This document shows positions 35,001-38,179 of a DNA stretch of 38,179 nt, one piece after another. The translations under genes and the position numbers were made by a program. The DNA is from Paracoccaceae bacterium (GTDB lineage: Bacteria > Pseudomonadota > Alphaproteobacteria > Rhodobacterales > Rhodobacteraceae), in NCBI GenBank assembly GCA_026982255.1, contig JALSHL010000317.1:1-38179 (forward strand). The letters run 5' to 3'. The notes below the pieces were generated by a model. The model saw only the letters and a program-made list of their open reading frames with translations. It was not told where the DNA came from and ran no database searches. Within the stretch, counting starts at the first letter, position 1. Every line of letters begins with the position of its first letter.

Positions 35001-35780
35001 GGTCTGCGGCACGTTCGACCCCCAGAGCAATAGGAAACCGGAATTGTACCAGTCCGCCGATTCCGGTACGTCGGTCTGCTCGCCCCATGTCATGGGCGAG
35101 GCCGGCGGCAAATCGCAATACCAGTCATAGAAGCTCATGCAGGTGCCACCCAGCAACGACAGATACCGCGAACCGGCCGCATAGGACACCATCGACATCG
35201 CCGGGATAGGAGAGAACCCGAAGACACGGTCGGGGCCGTAGGTTTTGGCGGTATAGGCGTTGGCGGCAGCAATAATCTCGGTCGCTTCCTCCCAGTCGGC
35301 ACGCACGAAACCGCCCTTGCCGCGCGACGTCACATAGTCGGCGCGCAGGACCGGATCGTTCTGGAGCTTGGTCCAGGCCTCGATCGGGGAATTGTTCTCG
35401 CGCATGCGGCGATAGCTTTTCAGCAGCCGCGCGCGGATCAGCGGGGTTTTCACCCGGTTGGCGGAGTAGAGATACCAGCTGTAGGAGGCACCACGGGCAC
35501 AGCCGCGCGGCTCGTGGTTCGGCATACCGGCGCGGGTGCGCGGATAATCCGTCTGCTGGGTTTCCCAGGTGACGATGCCGGACTTCACATAGATTTTCCA
35601 GCTACAGGACCCGGTGCAGTTCACCCCGTGGGTGGAGCGCACGACCTTGTCGTGGCGCCAGCGGTCGCGATACACGTCTTCCCAGTCGCGGTTCTCGTTC
35701 GTGGTATTCCCGTGACCGTCAGCGAACGTCCCGACGCTGTTGCTCTTCAGAAAATTCAGCCTGTCCAATAGATGGCTCAT
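32043..35780 (-). CDS. narG: Respiratory nitrate reductase alpha subunit
   Basis: RSTHGVNCTGSCSW FS0 motif, SFYDWYCDLPP (Mo-ligand Asp region), TPHQKWGIHSTY, YGFNYYGTVGSNRD. Confidence 0.99.
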   Translation of the reverse strand: MSHLLDRLNFLKSNSVGTFADGHGNTTNENRDWEDVYRDRWRHDKVVRSTHGVNCTGSCSWKIYVKSGIVTWETQQTDYPRTRAGMPNHEPRGCARGASYSWYLYSANRVKTPLIRARLLKSYRRMRENNSPIEAWTKLQNDPVLRADYVTSRGKGGFVRADWEEATEIIAAANAYTAKTYGPDRVFGFSPIPAMSMVSYAAGSRYLSLLGGTCMSFYDWYCDLPPASPMTWGEQTDVPESADWYNSGFLLLWGSNVPQTRTPDAHFYTEARYRGTKSAVVSPDYSEAAKFGDIWLAPKQGTDSALAMAMGHVILREFHLDRQAEYFTDYARKFTDMPMLVRLEEQDGKLVPGRLLRADDIDGKLGQKDNPEWKTIGIDKASNDLVVPNGSVGFRWDGSAKWNLEEQADGKDVELRLSLILDEDHDDVVGVDFPYFGGAATENFVKCEHPDVITRNIPVKKVKLEDGEAYVATVFDLFVANYGLDRGLGGEGVSADYNDDVPFTPAWAEKVTGVPRDQIITVAREFAANAEKTEGKSMVILGAGLNHWYHMDMNYRGIINMLVMCGCIGKSGGGWSHYVGQEKLRPQTGWQPLAFALDWARPPRHMNSTSAWYAHTDQWRYETLSAGEILSPTAPAGDWKDASLIDYNIRAERMGWLPSAPSLKTNPLEVAKAAKEAGVDVKDYLAEKLKSGEVEMSCEDPDAPENWPRNLFVWRSNLLGSSGKGHEYFLKHLLGTDHGVLGKDLGEEGGQKPIEAKWHEESVKGKLDLLVTIDFRMSTTAVYSDIVLPTASWYEKDDLNTSDMHPFIHPLQAAVDPAYESRSDWEIFKSIAKKFSEVVPGYLGEETDVVSLPILHDTPAEIAQDQVRDWKKGECDLIPGKTAPNFVAVERDYPNLYKRFTSVGPLMEKVGNGGKGIAWDTKVEMHHLKDLNGVVTDEGATKGLAKLDTAIDAAEMILMLAPETNGEVAVKAWDALSKATGREHAHLAQPKEDEKIRFRDIAAQPRKIISSPTWSGIESEDVCYNAGYTNVHELIPWRTLTGRQQLYQDHLWMRAFGEGFCTYRPPVDLKTITAAVNTAEQNNEPHVMLNFITPHQKWGIHSTYSDNLLMLTLNRGGPVVWMSEVDAKKANLVDNDWVEAYNVNGALVARVVVSQRMKEGTLFMYHAQEKIVNVPGSQQTGLRGGIHNSVTRATLKPTHMIGGYAQQSYGFNYYGTVGSNRDEFVIVRKLTKVDWLDEPAKGGQS

Positions 35781-35803
35781 GTTCTCTCTCCATTTGTATA
35801 GGG

Positions 35804-35839
35804 GGTGCCAGCGAAAAGAGGGGACAAAACGCTGGCACC
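35804..35839. other. Intercistronic hairpin between narK2 and narG
   Basis: GGTGCCAGCG...CGCTGGCACC perfect 10-bp stem with a 16-nt loop and no U tract on the coding strand. Confidence 0.55.
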
Positions 35840-35853
35840 TTTATTCGCGAAAT

Positions 35854-37461
35854 TTACGGGTTTTTCACATACGCATTGGGGCGCAGGTAGAACCACCAGT
35901 TGATGGCAATACAAACCGCGTAGAAGATCGCGAAACCGTAGAGGGCGTATTCCGGATGACCGGCGCCCAGTTCCTCGCCGAATACTTTCGGGATGATGAA
36001 GGCGCCGTAGGCCGCCACCGCCGATGTCCAGCCCAGAACAGGGCCGGCCTGCTCCTTGTTGAACACAACCCCGATGGTGCGGAAGGTCGAACCGTTGCCG
36101 ATACCTGTTGCCGTGAACAGGATCAGGAACAGCACCATGAACGGCAGGAACAGCGTTTCCGGCGTGGCCGAGGCGTATGCCTTCTGCAACAGGACCGCCA
36201 GCGCAATGGCCGAGGCCACCATGACGATCGAAATGATCTGGGTCACTTTGGCGCCGCCGATTTTATCGGAGATAATACCCCCGATCGGACGGATCAGCGC
36301 CCCGATAAACGGCCCCATCCAGGCGAACATCAGCGCCGACGGACCGTTCGGGTTGACCGTGTCATGGGTCATCACTCCATCCACCATCAGATGCTGGAAG
36401 CCGAACACAACCTTGATGGTCAGCGCGAAAGCCGCCGAGTAGCCGATGAAGGACCCGAAAGTCATGGTATAGATGATGGTCATCGCCCATGTGTGCTTGT
36501 TGCCGAAGATCTTGTACTGGCGCGTCAGGTTCTTGCCGACCTCGCCGGGAATCATCTTCAGCAGGAACACGGTCAGCGCGATGACGATCGGCAGCACGAT
36601 CCATTTGGAAACCCCGAAGCCCGAGCCGCTGACACTTTCCGGCAGCATCAGCCACAGACCGAAAGTCGCGGTGACAAAGCCGATCAGCAGCATACCGGTG
36701 ATGATCCCGAAGGCCCCGATCGGATTGGGGATATCCGGCGAGACATGCTCGTCACGGATGTTGTTCATCCCCCACCAGCCGATGAACAGCAGCGGCACCA
36801 GCAGCAACAGCCAGACATAACCGGCGTTCTGGATGTAGGTGATGGTGCCGGCCTCGATCTTGCCGATCAGCGTGCCCGAGGTATTGACCAGCGCACGGCC
36901 TTCCCCGCCGAACAGCGCGAAAGTCATGACCAGCGGGATAACGATCTGCATCGTCGTCACACCGAAATTGCCCAGACCGGCATTCATGCCCAGCGCATAG
37001 CCCAGTTTCTTTTTCGGGAAGAAAAAGCTGATGTTGGACATCGAGGAGGCAAAATTGCCGCCCCCGATACCCGACAACAACGCCAGGAACTGGAACACCC
37101 AGAACGGCGTATCGGGATTGCTGAGGGCAATACCGGTGCCCGCGGCGGGGATCATCAGCAGGGCGGTGGTGAACACGATGGTATTGCGCCCGCCCGCGAT
37201 GCGGATAAAGAAGGTCGAGGGAATGCGCAGCGTCGCCCCCGTCAGACCGGCGATAGCCGAGAGGGTGAACAGATCCGACTTGGCAAAGCCGAAGTCGAGG
37301 TTGATCATCTGCACGGTAATAATGCCCCAGTACAGCCAGACGGCAAAGCCGGCGAGCAGGCTGGGAATGGAAATCCAGAGATTGCGGGTTGCAATCCTCT
37401 TTCCGGTGGACTCCCAGAACTGTTCGTCGTCCGGGTTCCAGTTTCTTAGATCTTTGCCCAA
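35854..37461 (-). CDS. narK: Nitrate/nitrite MFS transporter, NarK2 type
   Basis: W.PDD..FW...G..IA.RNLWISIP, GATLRIP, GIGGGNFASSM nitrate signature, GIGNGSTF; TTG start after AAAGGAG. Confidence 0.93.
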   Translation of the reverse strand: MGKDLRNWNPDDEQFWESTGKRIATRNLWISIPSLLAGFAVWLYWGIITVQMINLDFGFAKSDLFTLSAIAGLTGATLRIPSTFFIRIAGGRNTIVFTTALLMIPAAGTGIALSNPDTPFWVFQFLALLSGIGGGNFASSMSNISFFFPKKKLGYALGMNAGLGNFGVTTMQIVIPLVMTFALFGGEGRALVNTSGTLIGKIEAGTITYIQNAGYVWLLLLVPLLFIGWWGMNNIRDEHVSPDIPNPIGAFGIITGMLLIGFVTATFGLWLMLPESVSGSGFGVSKWIVLPIVIALTVFLLKMIPGEVGKNLTRQYKIFGNKHTWAMTIIYTMTFGSFIGYSAAFALTIKVVFGFQHLMVDGVMTHDTVNPNGPSALMFAWMGPFIGALIRPIGGIISDKIGGAKVTQIISIVMVASAIALAVLLQKAYASATPETLFLPFMVLFLILFTATGIGNGSTFRTIGVVFNKEQAGPVLGWTSAVAAYGAFIIPKVFGEELGAGHPEYALYGFAIFYAVCIAINWWFYLRPNAYVKNP

Positions 37462-37530
37462 AGTTCTTCTCCTTTGGTTTGGGTGATGGCGGGCCGTTGA
37501 CCGGCCCGTCTTGTTGAAATCGCTCCGCCG

Positions 37531-38179
37531 TTACGCCTTGTGCGGTACGTCCGACAGATGGGTGTTCTTGCGCAATTCGGGGTGCTGCTCGCGGTCCATC
37601 TTGCGAATGGCCAGATGCATCCAGATCATGCTGACCGCCACGATGACGAACATCAGCATGAACACGACCGACCAGACATGGAACACATCCAGCAGGATCC
37701 CGAAGGCGATCGGCAGCACAAAGCCGCCCAGCCCGCCGATCATCCCGACCAGCCCGCCGACAGCGCCGACGTTATGCGGGAAATAGACCGGAATGTGCTT
37801 GTAGACCGCCGCCTTGCCCAGGCTCATGACGAAGCCGAGGATCACGGTCAGGAACACGAACAGATAGAGCGGAATGCCGAAGCTGAACTCGATCAGGCGC
37901 GGGTTGCCGCTGGCGTCCGGAATACCCTTCACGATATAGGTGGTTTCCGGGTAGCTCATGACGAACAGCACGACCAGCGAGACACCGAAGGTCAGATACA
38001 TCACGAAGCGCGCGCCCCAGACATCCGACATCCAGCCGCCGAGCGCACGGAAGATCGAGCCGGGCAACGAATACATACCGGCAAACACACCGGCCGATGT
38101 CAGCGCAACCCCGTAGGCTCCGACGTAGTAGCGCGGCAGGAACGAGGCGAAAGCCACGAAAGCGCCAAAAACGAAGAAG
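37531..38179 (-). CDS. narK: Nitrate MFS transporter, NarK1 type (5' part lies outside the window)
   Basis: The frame is open to the window edge (FFVFGAFVA...); RALGGWMSD..GAR, MSLGKAAVYKHIP, VGAVGGLVGMIGGLGGF. Confidence 0.9.
   Translation of the reverse strand, partial: FFVFGAFVAFASFLPRYYVGAYGVALTSAGVFAGMYSLPGSIFRALGGWMSDVWGARFVMYLTFGVSLVVLFVMSYPETTYIVKGIPDASGNPRLIEFSFGIPLYLFVFLTVILGFVMSLGKAAVYKHIPVYFPHNVGAVGGLVGMIGGLGGFVLPIAFGILLDVFHVWSVVFMLMFVIVAVSMIWMHLAIRKMDREQHPELRKNTHLSDVPHKA

Noticed and set aside
31980-35033. 1017-aa plus-strand ORF (and similar ones at 15060-16817, 19025-20932, 20373-22124, 30661-32046 and 35740-37449)
   Set aside because: Antisense shadows of well-supported minus-strand genes, with low-complexity or nonsensical composition.
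1-38179. CRISPR arrays, tRNA/rRNA genes, transposases, integrases, prophage or defence genes
   Set aside because: None seen. Intergenic gaps are short and accounted for, and there are no repeat-spacer patterns or recombinase motifs.

Overview
High-GC, gene-dense alphaproteobacterial window, Rhodobacteraceae-like by protein and promoter style (inference). Left to right it holds: (1) a small membrane-anchored protein with a perfect methionine heptad zipper; (2) a reductive pyrimidine catabolism cluster (preT, preA, DMT transporter, omega-aminotransferase, beta-ureidopropionase, dihydropyrimidinase, NMT1-type ABC importer) with RutR/PydR-type operators but no regulator gene in view, followed by a Tat-exported 5'-nucleotidase with altered metal ligands; (3) a minus-strand block tauR-xsc-ackA followed by a PotABCD-like importer, a GpdQ-like phosphodiesterase and a GlpA-like/NADH-oxidase-like flavoprotein pair, with a divergent non-canonical omega-aminotransferase; (4) the respiratory nitrate reductase locus narK1 (partial), narK2, narGHJI and a PPIase. 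No RNA genes, CRISPR arrays or transposases were recognised. The best candidate for an undescribed system is block 3. Three TauR-type direct-repeat boxes appear to link a polyamine-class importer (whose permease carries a duplicated peptide conserved at the protein level), a phosphodiesterase and a glycerol-3-phosphate-dehydrogenase-like pair to a taurine desulfonation module that lacks TauABC, canonical Tpa, Pta and any sulfite-handling gene in this window. All calls come from reading motifs by eye; no searches were run.
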